A DNA stretch of 32,000 nucleotides from Candidatus Kuenenia stuttgartensis (GTDB taxonomy: Bacteria; Planctomycetota; Brocadiia; Brocadiales; Brocadiaceae). The stretch spans positions 1,264,061 to 1,296,060 of the forward strand of contig NZ_LT934425.1 in NCBI RefSeq assembly GCF_900232105.1. The letters run 5' to 3'. The position numbers and the translations under genes are program-made. Under the pieces are notes generated by a model, which had not been told where the DNA came from, made no database searches, and worked only from the letters and a program-made list of their open reading frames with translations. Below are positions 1 to 9,789 of this stretch, one piece after another; position 1 is the stretch's first letter; every line of letters begins with the position of its first letter.

Positions 1-1266
1 GCTCTTTTTAACTGGTTATTTGCAAGACATAATAACGGTGTATTTCTCCTGCGGATTGAAGATACCGATCAGCAGCGTTCTACGAAAGAAGCAACGCAGG
101 CTATTTTAGAGAGTATGAAATGGCTTGGTTTGGATTGGGATGAAGGGCCATATTTTCAAAGCCAACGATTGCCGATATATAAACGATATGCCGAACAACT
201 GGTAGCGCAGGGAAATGCATATTATGACACCGATGCGGAAGGGCGCACTGCAATTCGGTTTAAGATGCAAGATAATGTTATCATACTCAATGACCTTGTT
301 CACGGCGCAATAACATTTGATGCTGCTGTTATTGAAGACTTTGTTATTCTTAAGGCAGACGGTTTTCCCAGCTATAACTTCGCTTGCGTAGTGGATGATG
401 CTGATATGAAAATTACCCATGTGATTCGCGGTGATGATCATATCTCAAATACACCAAAACAAATAGCACTGTATAACGCCATGGAAGTACGGTTGCCTGA
501 ATATGCACACATTCCAATGATCTTAGGTGAAGATGGTTCCAGGTTGAGCAAACGCCACGGGGCAACGTCTGTCACTGAATACAGAGACAAAGGGTATTTG
601 CCTCAGGCGCTTGTAAACTTTCTTGCTTTGCTGGGGTGGTCTCCGGGAAACGACCAGGAAATACTATCGATGAGGGAAATGATTGAAAAATTTTCCTTAA
701 AGCGCGTGAACAAAACCAGTGCGCAATTCGACAATACTAAATTAAATTGGATGAGTGGCCAGTATATCAAAAACACCTCCATTGAAGAACTTACCGCTGC
801 TGCCAGGTTGTTTTTTGAAAAATCGGATATCGATACCACGGGAATCTCAATAAATCGGCTGTCAAGATTGATAGAATTGTACCATGAACGGTTTAAAAAT
901 CTCCAGGAATTGGTTGATCAAACGAGGTTTTTCTTTACGGATTCCGTTGAATATGATCCGGCAGCAACAGATAAATTCCTTAAAAGAGAAGGAATTTCTG
1001 AGATATTAAAGGAGGTTTATTCAGCGATTTCTCTCCTGAACAGTTTTGACAGACAAGGGTTGGAAGGGTGTTTGAGAGATTTAACCGCAAAAGCGGGTAT
1101 TGGTTTTTCCAAAATCGCCCAACCTATAAGAGTTGCAATAACAGGCAGAAGCGCCAGCGCTGGTATCTTTGAAACAATGGAACTCCTTGGAAAAGAAACC
1201 ACACTTAAAAGGCTTGAAAACACCATTAAAAACATGGACGGCATCACGAATGCCGTTGGGTTGTAA
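1..1266 (+). CDS. gltX: Glutamyl-tRNA synthetase, 5' end outside the window
   Basis: Frame 1 is open from nt 1 (ALFNWLFARHNNGVFLLRIEDTDQQRS...) and continuous with ORF 115..1266. It shows class-I GluRS core motifs: 'HVIRGDDH' and the 'SRLSKRHG' KMSKS-type loop. The HIGH motif must lie upstream of nt 1. Confidence 0.9.
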   Translation, partial: ALFNWLFARHNNGVFLLRIEDTDQQRSTKEATQAILESMKWLGLDWDEGPYFQSQRLPIYKRYAEQLVAQGNAYYDTDAEGRTAIRFKMQDNVIILNDLVHGAITFDAAVIEDFVILKADGFPSYNFACVVDDADMKITHVIRGDDHISNTPKQIALYNAMEVRLPEYAHIPMILGEDGSRLSKRHGATSVTEYRDKGYLPQALVNFLALLGWSPGNDQEILSMREMIEKFSLKRVNKTSAQFDNTKLNWMSGQYIKNTSIEELTAAARLFFEKSDIDTTGISINRLSRLIELYHERFKNLQELVDQTRFFFTDSVEYDPAATDKFLKREGISEILKEVYSAISLLNSFDRQGLEGCLRDLTAKAGIGFSKIAQPIRVAITGRSASAGIFETMELLGKETTLKRLENTIKNMDGITNAVGL

Positions 1267-1276
1267 CAAACATACT

Positions 1277-1305
1277 GTAGAGACAGGTTTAAAACCTGTC
1301 TCTAC
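1277..1305 (+). terminator. Perfect palindromic hairpin 11 nt after the gltX stop (GTAGAGACAGGTT-TAA-AACCTGTCTCTAC)
   Basis: A 13-bp perfect stem read directly from the sequence. There is no U-tract after it, so it may be a REP-like element rather than a classical intrinsic terminator. Confidence 0.4.
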
Positions 1306-1346
1306 TACGGTAATCAAAGTACGAAAGCCGCGCTTGTTTTGCATTT

Positions 1347-1382
1347 CAAATCATTTTGTCATTAGGATTTGTTTCGTATTTC
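1347..1382. repeat. Half-copy of the palindromic element found at 11127-11193
   Basis: CAAATCATTTTGTCATTAGGATTTGTTTCGTATTTC matches the reverse complement of 11127..11163 (CAAATCATTTTGTCATTAGAAGTTGTTTTCGTATTTC). The difference is 2 mismatches and 1 indel by hand alignment. Confidence 0.6.
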
Positions 1383-1462
1383 GTGCGTCGAATTTCGTAT
1401 TTTTTATTTCATGGTGTCTTGTCCAGGTTGGGGGGCGTTATTCTTTTTCAGGGCAATTTTGA

Positions 1463-2026
1463 ATGGGCGTAAGGCTTTTTATTGCGATTGAGATTACAGA
1501 TGCTGTCCGGGAAAAAGTATTACATTTTCAAAATGACCTTAAAAAGGCTTCTGCTGATGTAAAATGGGTGGCGCCTGAAAATCTTCATATTACACTAAAA
1601 TTTATTGGCAATACGGATGAAGAGAAGATTTGCGGGATTGTTGACGTTATTCATCAATCTGTCATTGAGATAAAACCATTTGATATTCGCTATAGTGGCG
1701 CCGGTACTTTTCCCGCTGGTAAATATCCGCGTGTAATCTTTGCCGGAGCTGTGGATTCAAGCGGCGCCCTGGCTTCAATTTATGAAAGATTAAACAGGCA
1801 CTTAACCGCGCTTGGAGTACCATACGATGAACATACATTTGAGGCGCATATTACTGTCGGGCGGGTTAAAACACATAAAAATATAAAGAAACTTATGGAG
1901 TGTGTACATTCATACAAAGAATTTACCTTTGGGCAAGAAAGCATTGATCATCTGGTGTTAATGAAGAGCAATCTCACTCGGGAGGGGCCGATATACACAA
2001 GGATAAGTAATATTTGTTTTGCGTAA
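1463..2026 (+). CDS. thpR: RNA 2',3'-cyclic phosphodiesterase (2H phosphoesterase, LigT/ThpR family)
   Basis: Two H-x-T-x motifs at the expected spacing ('NLHITLKF' and 'EAHITVGR'). The ~187-aa length is typical of the family. Confidence 0.8.
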   Translation: MGVRLFIAIEITDAVREKVLHFQNDLKKASADVKWVAPENLHITLKFIGNTDEEKICGIVDVIHQSVIEIKPFDIRYSGAGTFPAGKYPRVIFAGAVDSSGALASIYERLNRHLTALGVPYDEHTFEAHITVGRVKTHKNIKKLMECVHSYKEFTFGQESIDHLVLMKSNLTREGPIYTRISNICFA

Positions 2027-2123
2027 CTTCATTATAATATTACTATCAAAAAAAGGGTTTTTATTTAGCGCATGCAAATCATATTATTTTTATAAACGAT
2101 AACTTTATCTTTCTCTTACAAAT

Positions 2124-3218
2124 ATGACTACTAATACAGAAATACCTGATAAAGAAAAACGGCAGCAAGCATTGGAGAGAGCAATTTCGCATATCGATAA
2201 ACAGTTTGGAAAAGGGACGATAATGAAATTAGGGGGCGATACGAAACTGGATGTTCCCGTAATTTCTACTGGTGCGTTATCATTAGATGTTGCGCTTGGC
2301 GTGGGGGGAATTCCGCGTGGAAGAGTCATTGAAATATTCGGGCAGGAATCTTCTGGCAAAACCACCCTAACGCTTCAAATTATCGCAAATGCGCAGAGGG
2401 GTGGCGGGGTAGCTGCATTTATCGATGCTGAACATGCGCTGGACTCCGAATATGCAAAAAGATTGGGTGTAAATTTGAATGACTTAATGGTCAATCAGCC
2501 AGACACCGGAGAACAAGCGCTGGAGATAGCCGAACTGCTCGTAAGGAGCAATGCGGTTGACGTAATAGTGATTGACTCGGTAGCGGCCCTTGTGCCACGC
2601 GCTGAAATTGAAGGAGAAATGGGAGATACACATATAGGATTACAGGCAAGGTTGATGTCGCAGGCATTACGCAAGCTCACCGCGTGCATTTCAAAATCAA
2701 GAACAAGCGTAATTTTTATCAATCAGATTCGTGAAAAGATTGGCGTTATGTATGGAGGAAACCCGGAAACCACGCCTGGAGGCAGGGCATTAAAATTTTA
2801 TGCGTCGGTGCGTATTGATATTCGGAGGATTGGAAGTATAAAAGACGGTGATGCAATAATCGGAAGCAGAGTCCGCGCCACTATTGCAAAAAATAAGGTT
2901 GCAGCGCCTTTTAAAAGAGCGGAGTTTGACATCCTTTACAACACAGGCATATCGCGGGCAGGAGACATCCTTGACCTTGGCGCTGAACATAATATTATTG
3001 AAAAATCGGGAACGTGGTATTCATATAGAGAAACCCGGCTGGGGCAGGGCAGAGAGAATTCCAGGCAATTCCTCACGGAACATCCTGAAATGATGAAAGA
3101 GATTGAACAATCAATCCTGAAAATAGTACTGCCTTCTGCGGCATCTCAAAAGCCTCCCGACTCCCCCCCTGAAAGTACGGAAAAAAGCACACCTTCGAAG
3201 AGAGCGAAAAGTAATTAA
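2124..3218 (+). CDS. recA: Recombinase RecA
   Basis: Walker A '[10 protein letters not shown]', '[21 protein letters not shown]' and '[38 protein letters not shown]' are unmistakable RecA sequence. Confidence 0.97.
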   Translation: MTTNTEIPDKEKRQQALERAISHIDKQFGKGTIMKLGGDTKLDVPVISTGALSLDVALGVGGIPRGRVIEIFGQESSGKTTLTLQIIANAQRGGGVAAFIDAEHALDSEYAKRLGVNLNDLMVNQPDTGEQALEIAELLVRSNAVDVIVIDSVAALVPRAEIEGEMGDTHIGLQARLMSQALRKLTACISKSRTSVIFINQIREKIGVMYGGNPETTPGGRALKFYASVRIDIRRIGSIKDGDAIIGSRVRATIAKNKVAAPFKRAEFDILYNTGISRAGDILDLGAEHNIIEKSGTWYSYRETRLGQGRENSRQFLTEHPEMMKEIEQSILKIVLPSAASQKPPDSPPESTEKSTPSKRAKSN

Positions 3219-3221
3219 CGT

Positions 3222-5879
3222 ATGAATACAGGTGAAATTCGCAATAAATTTTTAACATTCTTCGAAAAGAAATCCCATGTAATCTGGCCGGGAGATTCGC
3301 TTGTCCCGCAGGGAGACGCTACGCTTCTTTTTACGGGTGCAGGGATGAATCAGTTCAAAGATATGTTCCTTGGTAAGGGAAGATTAAATATAAAAAGGGC
3401 GACAACATGCCAAAAATGCCTTCGAACGGGGGATTTGGAAAATGTCGGCAGAACGGCTTCGCACCACACTTTTTTTGAAATGCTGGGCAATTTTTCCTTT
3501 GGCGATTATTTTAAAAGAGAAACCATTGCATGGGCGTGGGAGTTCCTGGTGCAGGAATTAAGGTTACCGGAAGAAAAACTTTTTGTCAGTGTGTATAAAG
3601 ATGACCCCGAATCATACGAAATATGGGAAAAACATATCCGCATTCTCAAATCAAAAATCTATTCCTACGGCGAAAATGACAATTTTTGGCCTGCAAATGC
3701 CCCTGCGCAAGGCCCTAACGGACCTTGCGGCCCCTGCTCTGAAATATTTTACGACCAGGGAGCAGGCGTTGGTTGTGGTCGGGAAGAATGTGAACCTGCC
3801 TGCGATTGCGACCGCTTTGTCGAAATCTGGAATCTGGTATTTACGCAATTTGACCGAAAAGAAGATGGCAGGCTGGAACCATTGCCCAATAAAAATGTAG
3901 ATACAGGCATGGGACTGGAGAGAATGGCACGTGTCATGCAGGGAGTGCCGACAAACTTCGATATAGATATTTTTGCCCCTGTAATTAAATCGATAGAAGA
4001 TATTACACACCTGCGGTATCATGATAAAAAAGAAAACGCCGTATGTATGCGCCGGATAGCCGACCATGTAAAGGCCTCTATTTTTTGCATTGCCGATGGC
4101 GTTTTGCCAGGGAATGAAGGGCGGGGATATGTGGAAAGGCGTTTACTGAGGAGGGCTATACGTGATGGCGCACAACTTGGCTTAAAAGAATGTTTTTTAT
4201 ACAAGCTCGTGCCAATTATCAGCGATCTGATGCAGGATTATTATCCGGATATTAAACAACGCAGGGAGAATATCGCAAGGATCATAAAAAGCGAAGAAGA
4301 AAAATTCCTCGAAACTCTGGAACTGGGAACGGTACGGTTAAAAGAGTTAATGGATACAATGCAAAAGAATAAAATAAAGGAGCTTCCCGGAAAAGAGGCT
4401 TTTAAATTATATGATACATATGGCTTCCCTTTGGACATGACCGAATTAATTCTCAAGGAACACGGTTTTTCCATGGATAGCGCCGGTGTTGAAGTGGAAT
4501 TGAAACGCCAGCGGATGCAGGCAAGGTCGTCATCCTCTATGACCGGCCAGGTATTTGACGCCGGTTTTTTGGGCAAGATTAAAGAGATATCAAAAGGCAC
4601 AACATTCTTAGGGTACGAAAAGGATTCATGCAGGGCGAGGATCATTGCTATTGTTCAGGGCGACTACCTTATCGAAAAGGCTGAAGCCGGAAGCGAGGTA
4701 TCGATAGTTTTGGATCAGACGCCCTTTTATGGTGAGTCCGGCGGACAAATTGGAGACACGGGAATCCTTGAATCGGAGGGGAGTCATATTTGTATAACGG
4801 ATACAAAAAAGAACGATTCCTTTATCATTCATATCGGAAAGATAACAAAAGGCATAGTGAGGACAGGCGATATGATTGATGCGCGAATAGATACGCACAG
4901 GAGGGGTTTAATAAAAAGAAATCATACGGCGACGCACGTGCTTCATTGGGTATTGCGGAATGTCATTGGCAGACATGCGGAACAGGCGGGTTCAATGGTG
5001 TCCCCGGACCGTCTACGCTTTGACTTTCATCACTTTTCCTCTTTGACGAAGGAGGAAATTAACCGTATCGAGGATCTGGTAAACGAAAAAATAATGGAAA
5101 ATGCGCTCGTGTCGGTGAAAGAACAAACGCTTCAGGAAGCAAGAAATGCCGGCGCCGTAGCCCTTTTTGGAGAAAAATACGAGGAACGGGTCAGAATGGT
5201 TTCCATCGGAGATTTTAGCAAGGAACTTTGCGGCGGTACGCACATAAACAATACCGGAGAAATAGGACCCTTCAGAATCGTCGGGGAATCCTCTGTCGCT
5301 GCGGGAATACGTCGTATAGAGGCGATCACAGGCATTTCGGCATTAACCAGGGACCGGGAGAAGGAGGAGATTGTTCAGGAATTGTGCGGCATATTGAATG
5401 CGTGTGAGGAAGATCTTTCTTCAAAAACACAGGAACTCCTGAATGAAGTAAAAAAACTCCACAAAGAACTTCACAAACAAAAGCAAAAAGAATTATTGGA
5501 GAAAATTGATTCGCTTTCCGTGACTGCAAAAGAAGTTTCAGGCGTTAACATTATAACAAAGAGAATAGATAATGCATCGGCGGATGATATGAGAAGAACG
5601 GCGGACATGCTGATGAAATCAGAAAAGGAAACCGCGGTAGCATTAGGAAGTGTTCTGAATGGGCGTGTAATAGTAATTATTTCTTTAAGCACAGGCCTGG
5701 CTTCTCGTGGTTTGCATGCGGGGAGTATCTCAAAAGAGGTCGCAAAAATAGTCGGCGGCGGTGGCGGTGGAAGACCGGAGATGGCGCAAGCGGGCGGACA
5801 GGTGGTTGGTAAATTAGACGAAGCGCTTGATTTTGCCGAAATGTTGTTCAGCAAAGAAATCCTGCAGAAGGTTTCTTAA
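3222..5879 (+). CDS. alaS: Alanyl-tRNA synthetase
   Basis: 885 aa. Class-II AlaRS N-terminal core ('HHTFFEMLGNFSFGDYFK', 'VDTGMGLERM'), editing-domain 'HTATHVLH' and 'CGGTH', and a C-terminal DHHA1-type 'GGGGGGRPEMAQAGG'. Confidence 0.97.
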   Translation: MNTGEIRNKFLTFFEKKSHVIWPGDSLVPQGDATLLFTGAGMNQFKDMFLGKGRLNIKRATTCQKCLRTGDLENVGRTASHHTFFEMLGNFSFGDYFKRETIAWAWEFLVQELRLPEEKLFVSVYKDDPESYEIWEKHIRILKSKIYSYGENDNFWPANAPAQGPNGPCGPCSEIFYDQGAGVGCGREECEPACDCDRFVEIWNLVFTQFDRKEDGRLEPLPNKNVDTGMGLERMARVMQGVPTNFDIDIFAPVIKSIEDITHLRYHDKKENAVCMRRIADHVKASIFCIADGVLPGNEGRGYVERRLLRRAIRDGAQLGLKECFLYKLVPIISDLMQDYYPDIKQRRENIARIIKSEEEKFLETLELGTVRLKELMDTMQKNKIKELPGKEAFKLYDTYGFPLDMTELILKEHGFSMDSAGVEVELKRQRMQARSSSSMTGQVFDAGFLGKIKEISKGTTFLGYEKDSCRARIIAIVQGDYLIEKAEAGSEVSIVLDQTPFYGESGGQIGDTGILESEGSHICITDTKKNDSFIIHIGKITKGIVRTGDMIDARIDTHRRGLIKRNHTATHVLHWVLRNVIGRHAEQAGSMVSPDRLRFDFHHFSSLTKEEINRIEDLVNEKIMENALVSVKEQTLQEARNAGAVALFGEKYEERVRMVSIGDFSKELCGGTHINNTGEIGPFRIVGESSVAAGIRRIEAITGISALTRDREKEEIVQELCGILNACEEDLSSKTQELLNEVKKLHKELHKQKQKELLEKIDSLSVTAKEVSGVNIITKRIDNASADDMRRTADMLMKSEKETAVALGSVLNGRVIVIISLSTGLASRGLHAGSISKEVAKIVGGGGGGRPEMAQAGGQVVGKLDEALDFAEMLFSKEILQKVS

Positions 5880-5946
5880 GTCAAAAGATAGCGACCTTTA
5901 ATTTTATTGAGATTTTTAAAAAAACCATATTGTTGCCTTAATTTTT

Positions 5947-5975
5947 TTGCAATTTGTCCTTTTTGCACATATAAT
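5947..5975 (+). promoter_or_regulatory. Sigma70-like promoter TTGCAA-17 nt-TATAAT
   Basis: -35 TTGCAA at 5947-5952, a 17-nt spacer, and a perfect -10 TATAAT at 5970-5975. It lies ~325 nt upstream of rpmF. The surroundings are AT-rich, so a chance match is possible. Confidence 0.4.
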
Positions 5976-6126
5976 TTTGTACCTCAGAGACTTGCGTTTA
6001 ATATAAGGTAACATTTTGGTTTTCTGAAAAAATAGGGGCGAAGTATTTGCTATAGCTGGCATAAATACGTTCTTACCCAAACGGTAAAATTTTGCCGGTG
6101 TTGAGTCTGGATGCCTATAAATAGTA

Positions 6127-6155
6127 TTGTTAATTTAAAAAATAATGTGTATAAT
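6127..6155 (+). promoter_or_regulatory. Sigma70-like promoter TTGTTA-17 nt-TATAAT
   Basis: -35 at 6127-6132, a 17-nt spacer, and a perfect -10 at 6150-6155, ~145 nt upstream of rpmF. Confidence 0.35.
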
Positions 6156-6300
6156 CCTGCTTCTATAAAATGAACGCATCAGGGAGAAAATATTTCCGGT
6201 ATTATTGACAAAACCCGGTGAGATAACCATATGTATACTCCAGCATTGCTGATCAGTTTTGTGTAAACTATTAAATAAATTTTTAACAATGAGGTTTTAA

Positions 6301-6528
6301 ATGGCCAATCCAAAGAGGAGACATTCTAACTCAAGAACACGTAAAAGACGTACGCACGATAAACTTACGGTTCCCGTTTTTCCATTAGATAAAAATTTAG
6401 AAAAGGGGGGGCGTATCCGCTCCAAACGTTATGTTTGTTCGCACTGTAAACAAATAAATCAACCGCATACCGTATGCCATAACTGCGGATATTACCGGGG
6501 CAGGCAGGTAATTTCTGTTGAAAGGTAA
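6301..6528 (+). CDS. rpmF: 50S ribosomal protein L32 (zinc-ribbon form)
   Basis: N-terminus 'MANPKRRHSNSRTRKRRTHDKL' is the L32 signature. It has CxxC...CxxC ('CSHCK...CHNCG'). A GAGG SD lies 7 nt upstream of the ATG. Confidence 0.9.
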   Translation: MANPKRRHSNSRTRKRRTHDKLTVPVFPLDKNLEKGGRIRSKRYVCSHCKQINQPHTVCHNCGYYRGRQVISVER

Positions 6529-6532
6529 ATTT

Positions 6533-7549
6533 ATGAGGATTGCGGTAGACGCCATGGGCGGGGATAAGGCGCCGCAAGAAATTGTCAAAGGCTCTGTCCT
6601 GGCTGCGCAACAGGTGCCTGATGCTGAGATTATATTGGTTGGTGACGAAAACAGAATTAAACACGAATTATGTCTTGGCGGAACCATTCCCAAAAATATA
6701 ACCATTCACCATGCGGCTCAGATAGTCGGCATGGAGGATCCTGCAACACATTCCATACGGCAAAAAATAAACTCTTCCATTACGCAAAGTGTTGAGTTGG
6801 TCGCTAAGAGGAAAGCGGATGCAATCGTCAGTGCGGGGCATACGGGGGCAACGGTAGCGGCGGCAATGCTACACATGAAAACATTGAAAGGCATTCGTCG
6901 TCCAGGCATTGCGATATCCCTTCCCACCCTCCATGGATCATGTCTTATTATCGATGCAGGCGCCAATATCAGTTGCAAGCCATTACACTTGTATCAGTAT
7001 GGAATTATGGCGTCAACTGTCTGCAAGCACCTAATGAATATAGAAAATCCCAAGGTTGGACTTCTCAATATAGGAGAAGAGGACGCAAAGGGAAACGATC
7101 TGGTTCGGGAAACCTTTTCGCTTCTTTCCAACGCACATTTAAATTTTATCGGAAATATTGAAAGCCGTGAGATATTTGATGGCAAGGCAGATGTCGTCGT
7201 TTGTGAAGGGTTTGTGGGAAATGTAATATTGAAATTTGCAGAGGGGATGGCAAAGAACCTTCTTACCACGATAAAAGCAGAATCAATGAATAGGTTTTGG
7301 GCAAAACTTGGACTGCTTTTGTGCAAACCGGTTTTCCAATCGATAAAAACAAAGATGGATTTTGCCGAATACGGAGGTGTTCCTTTGCTGGGGATAAATG
7401 GCATTTGTATTATTTGCCATGGGAGATCTGACGCACGGACTATACAAAATGCCATAAAAGCGGCATTAAAATTAACTAAAACGGAAATTAATGAGTATAT
7501 TATTTCAGAACTGGAGAAATCCAATACACTTACGGCAGAAGTTGCTTAA
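6533..7549 (+). CDS. plsX: Phosphate acyltransferase PlsX
   Basis: 'MRIAVDAMGGDKAP', 'SAGHTGA' and 'GVPLLGINGICIICHGRS'. I prefer the ATG at 6533 over the TTG at 6518 used by the ORF track, because 6518 would overlap rpmF. Confidence 0.92.
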   Translation: MRIAVDAMGGDKAPQEIVKGSVLAAQQVPDAEIILVGDENRIKHELCLGGTIPKNITIHHAAQIVGMEDPATHSIRQKINSSITQSVELVAKRKADAIVSAGHTGATVAAAMLHMKTLKGIRRPGIAISLPTLHGSCLIIDAGANISCKPLHLYQYGIMASTVCKHLMNIENPKVGLLNIGEEDAKGNDLVRETFSLLSNAHLNFIGNIESREIFDGKADVVVCEGFVGNVILKFAEGMAKNLLTTIKAESMNRFWAKLGLLLCKPVFQSIKTKMDFAEYGGVPLLGINGICIICHGRSDARTIQNAIKAALKLTKTEINEYIISELEKSNTLTAEVA

Positions 7550-7588
7550 GTTTTTAAAGGCTTTACACCTTCTCTGGGCAATGAGAAA

Positions 7589-8584
7589 TTGAACGTACGC
7601 CAAAATCAAATAACATCGATAACAGGGATAGGGTCATACCTCCCTGAAAAGATATTAACCAATCATGCTCTGGAAAAATTGGTAGACACTACGGACGATT
7701 GGATTCTGCAAAGGACAGGAATAAGAGAGCGTCGTATTGTTGAAAATGGAGTGACAACATCAGATCTTGGCGCCATCGCCTCGTTAAAAGCAATAGAAAA
7801 TGCCGGGATATCCGCGGAAGAGATCGATATGATTATTACTTCCACCATTACCCCCGACTACCTTTTTCCTTCTACTTCCTGTTGTTTACAAAAGCAAATT
7901 GGTGCTGTCCATGCAAGCGCATTTGATATTTCAGCGGCTTGTGCCGGATTTGTGTATGCGCTTTCCATCGGGCAAAGTGTTATAAATTCGGGTGCCGCAA
8001 AAACTGTTTTGGTGGTGGGCGCAGAATGTTTGTCAAAGATTACCGACTATACAGACCGGGCAACCTGTATTTTGTTTGGAGACGGTGCCGGTGCCGTCAT
8101 ACTTCAAAACAATAAGGAAAAACATCAGATATTAGACACACGATTGGTCTCTGATGGAACGTATACGGACGTACTTATAATACCCGGCGGCGGCTCAAAA
8201 CATCCTGCCACCATAGAATCGGTGCAGGAAAGGTTGCATTACATTCGGTTTAAAGGAAGGGAGGTATTTAAACTCGCAATTAATACCATTACCAACCTGG
8301 TGATAGAAACCGCACAAAGAAATGGTTTTGCCGTTCAGGATATCGATTTAATTATCCCTCACCAAAGCAACCTGAGAATTATTGAAGCGACCATGGAAAG
8401 ACTTAAACTGCCCATGGAAAAGGCATTTGTAAATATTGATAAATATGGGAATACATCTTCTGCTTCAGTTCCAATAGCAATTGATGAGGCGCAACAGGAA
8501 GGAAGACTCAAGAAAGGCGATTTAGTGATGTTGGTAGCCTTCGGGGGCGGATTGACCTGGGGATCATGTGTTGTTAGGTGGTAG
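7589..8584 (+). CDS. fabH: 3-oxoacyl-ACP synthase III
   Basis: 'ITGIGSYLPEKILTN', active-site Cys context 'FDISAACAGFVYAL', 'IPHQSN' and 'GNTSSASVPIA'. The start is TTG, with no in-frame ATG upstream of the conserved N-terminus. Confidence 0.92.
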   Translation: MNVRQNQITSITGIGSYLPEKILTNHALEKLVDTTDDWILQRTGIRERRIVENGVTTSDLGAIASLKAIENAGISAEEIDMIITSTITPDYLFPSTSCCLQKQIGAVHASAFDISAACAGFVYALSIGQSVINSGAAKTVLVVGAECLSKITDYTDRATCILFGDGAGAVILQNNKEKHQILDTRLVSDGTYTDVLIIPGGGSKHPATIESVQERLHYIRFKGREVFKLAINTITNLVIETAQRNGFAVQDIDLIIPHQSNLRIIEATMERLKLPMEKAFVNIDKYGNTSSASVPIAIDEAQQEGRLKKGDLVMLVAFGGGLTWGSCVVRW

Positions 8585-8590
8585 AATATT

Positions 8591-9511
8591 ATGCGGAAAA
8601 CAGCCTTTCTTTTTCCAGGTCAGGGTACCCAATTGGTGGGCATGGGGAAAGATTTTTACAAAGAATACAAAGAAGCTCGCGAAATTTTCAACCAGGCAAA
8701 TGATGCGTTAGGGTTTGACCTTGCATCTTTATGTTTTGAGGGAAATCAGGAGGAATTAAACAAGACGTCTCTTAGCCAGCCGGCTATATTGGTGACTTCC
8801 ATTGCAATACTTGAAGTGTTGAAGGAAATTTCTTTTTTTAAGAAAACCACCTGTGATGCGGTTGCCGGGCTGAGCCTGGGAGAATACACTGCACATGTAT
8901 CGGCTGGTTCTGTTGCTTTTGCAGATGCGGTAAAACTGGTGTATAAGCGTGGCATATATATGCAGGAGGCCTGTGAGAAAAGTTCCGGAGGAATGGCTTC
9001 TGTCATTGGACTGGAAGATGAGAAAATAGAACATATTTGCAGGGAATTGAAACCGTTTGGTGTTATCTGCGCCGCAAATTATAATAGCCCAGGACAGGTA
9101 GTAATATCAGGAGAATCAAATGTACTGGAACGGGCGGTTCTATTGGCAAAAGAAAGAGGCGCCAGGATGGTAATCCCGTTAAAAGTGCAGGGTGCATTTC
9201 ATTCCGGTCTAATGACTCCTGCCAGTGACAAGCTTTATTCCGAACTGGAATCAACGGTTATCTCAAAACCCGGAGTTCCCGTAGTTGCAAACATTAACGC
9301 AGAGTATGTTTCCAATCCGGAGGAAATAAGAACAGCTCTGATAAAACAGCTAAACAGTCCTGTCAAATGGTATCAATCTATGCAGAAACTGATACAGGAT
9401 GGATTTTCTCAATTTTATGAAATAGGGCCTGGAAAAACCTTGTCGGGACTTATGAAAAAAATTGATCCTGCTCAGCAAGTCAAAAGTTTTAGCACAATAG
9501 CAGATCTTTAA
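8591..9511 (+). CDS. fabD: Malonyl-CoA:ACP transacylase
   Basis: 'FLFPGQGTQ', active-site 'AGLSLGEY' and 'VQGAFHS'. Confidence 0.93.
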   Translation: MRKTAFLFPGQGTQLVGMGKDFYKEYKEAREIFNQANDALGFDLASLCFEGNQEELNKTSLSQPAILVTSIAILEVLKEISFFKKTTCDAVAGLSLGEYTAHVSAGSVAFADAVKLVYKRGIYMQEACEKSSGGMASVIGLEDEKIEHICRELKPFGVICAANYNSPGQVVISGESNVLERAVLLAKERGARMVIPLKVQGAFHSGLMTPASDKLYSELESTVISKPGVPVVANINAEYVSNPEEIRTALIKQLNSPVKWYQSMQKLIQDGFSQFYEIGPGKTLSGLMKKIDPAQQVKSFSTIADL

Positions 9512-9555
9512 TTGCGCAGTAAATTTGAATTGTTTTTAACAAGGAGGTAAAAATC

Positions 9556-9789
9556 GTGACGTCCGTCGGAGAAAAAGTAAGAGAAATTATCACAAAACAA
9601 ATGGGGGTAAAAGCGGAACAGATAACACATGAAACATCCTTTGTCAATGATTTAGGCGCAGATTCGCTCGATACAGTGGAACTAATTATGGAATTTGAAG
9701 ATGCATTTGATATGAATATTCCTGATGAAGATGCTGAAAAAATACGTACGGTGGGAGATGCAGTTAAATATATAGAGGAACACAAATAA
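9556..9789 (+). CDS. acpP: Acyl carrier protein
   Basis: 77 aa with the phosphopantetheine site '[17 protein letters not shown]'. GTG start preceded by AAGGAGG. Confidence 0.93.
   Translation: MTSVGEKVREIITKQMGVKAEQITHETSFVNDLGADSLDTVELIMEFEDAFDMNIPDEDAEKIRTVGDAVKYIEEHK

Noticed and set aside
2027-2123. SOS/LexA operator upstream of recA.
   Set aside because: I found no CTGT-N8-ACAG, GAAC-N4-GTTC or other known LexA-box pattern in the spacer. Only a short GCATGC palindrome is present.
5880-6300. Degraded yceD (DUF177) pseudogene in the alaS-rpmF spacer.
   Set aside because: All six frames are densely interrupted by stops, and I saw no remnant of the C-terminal Cys motifs. This cannot be excluded without tblastn, so the region is kept only as a non-coding-region finding.
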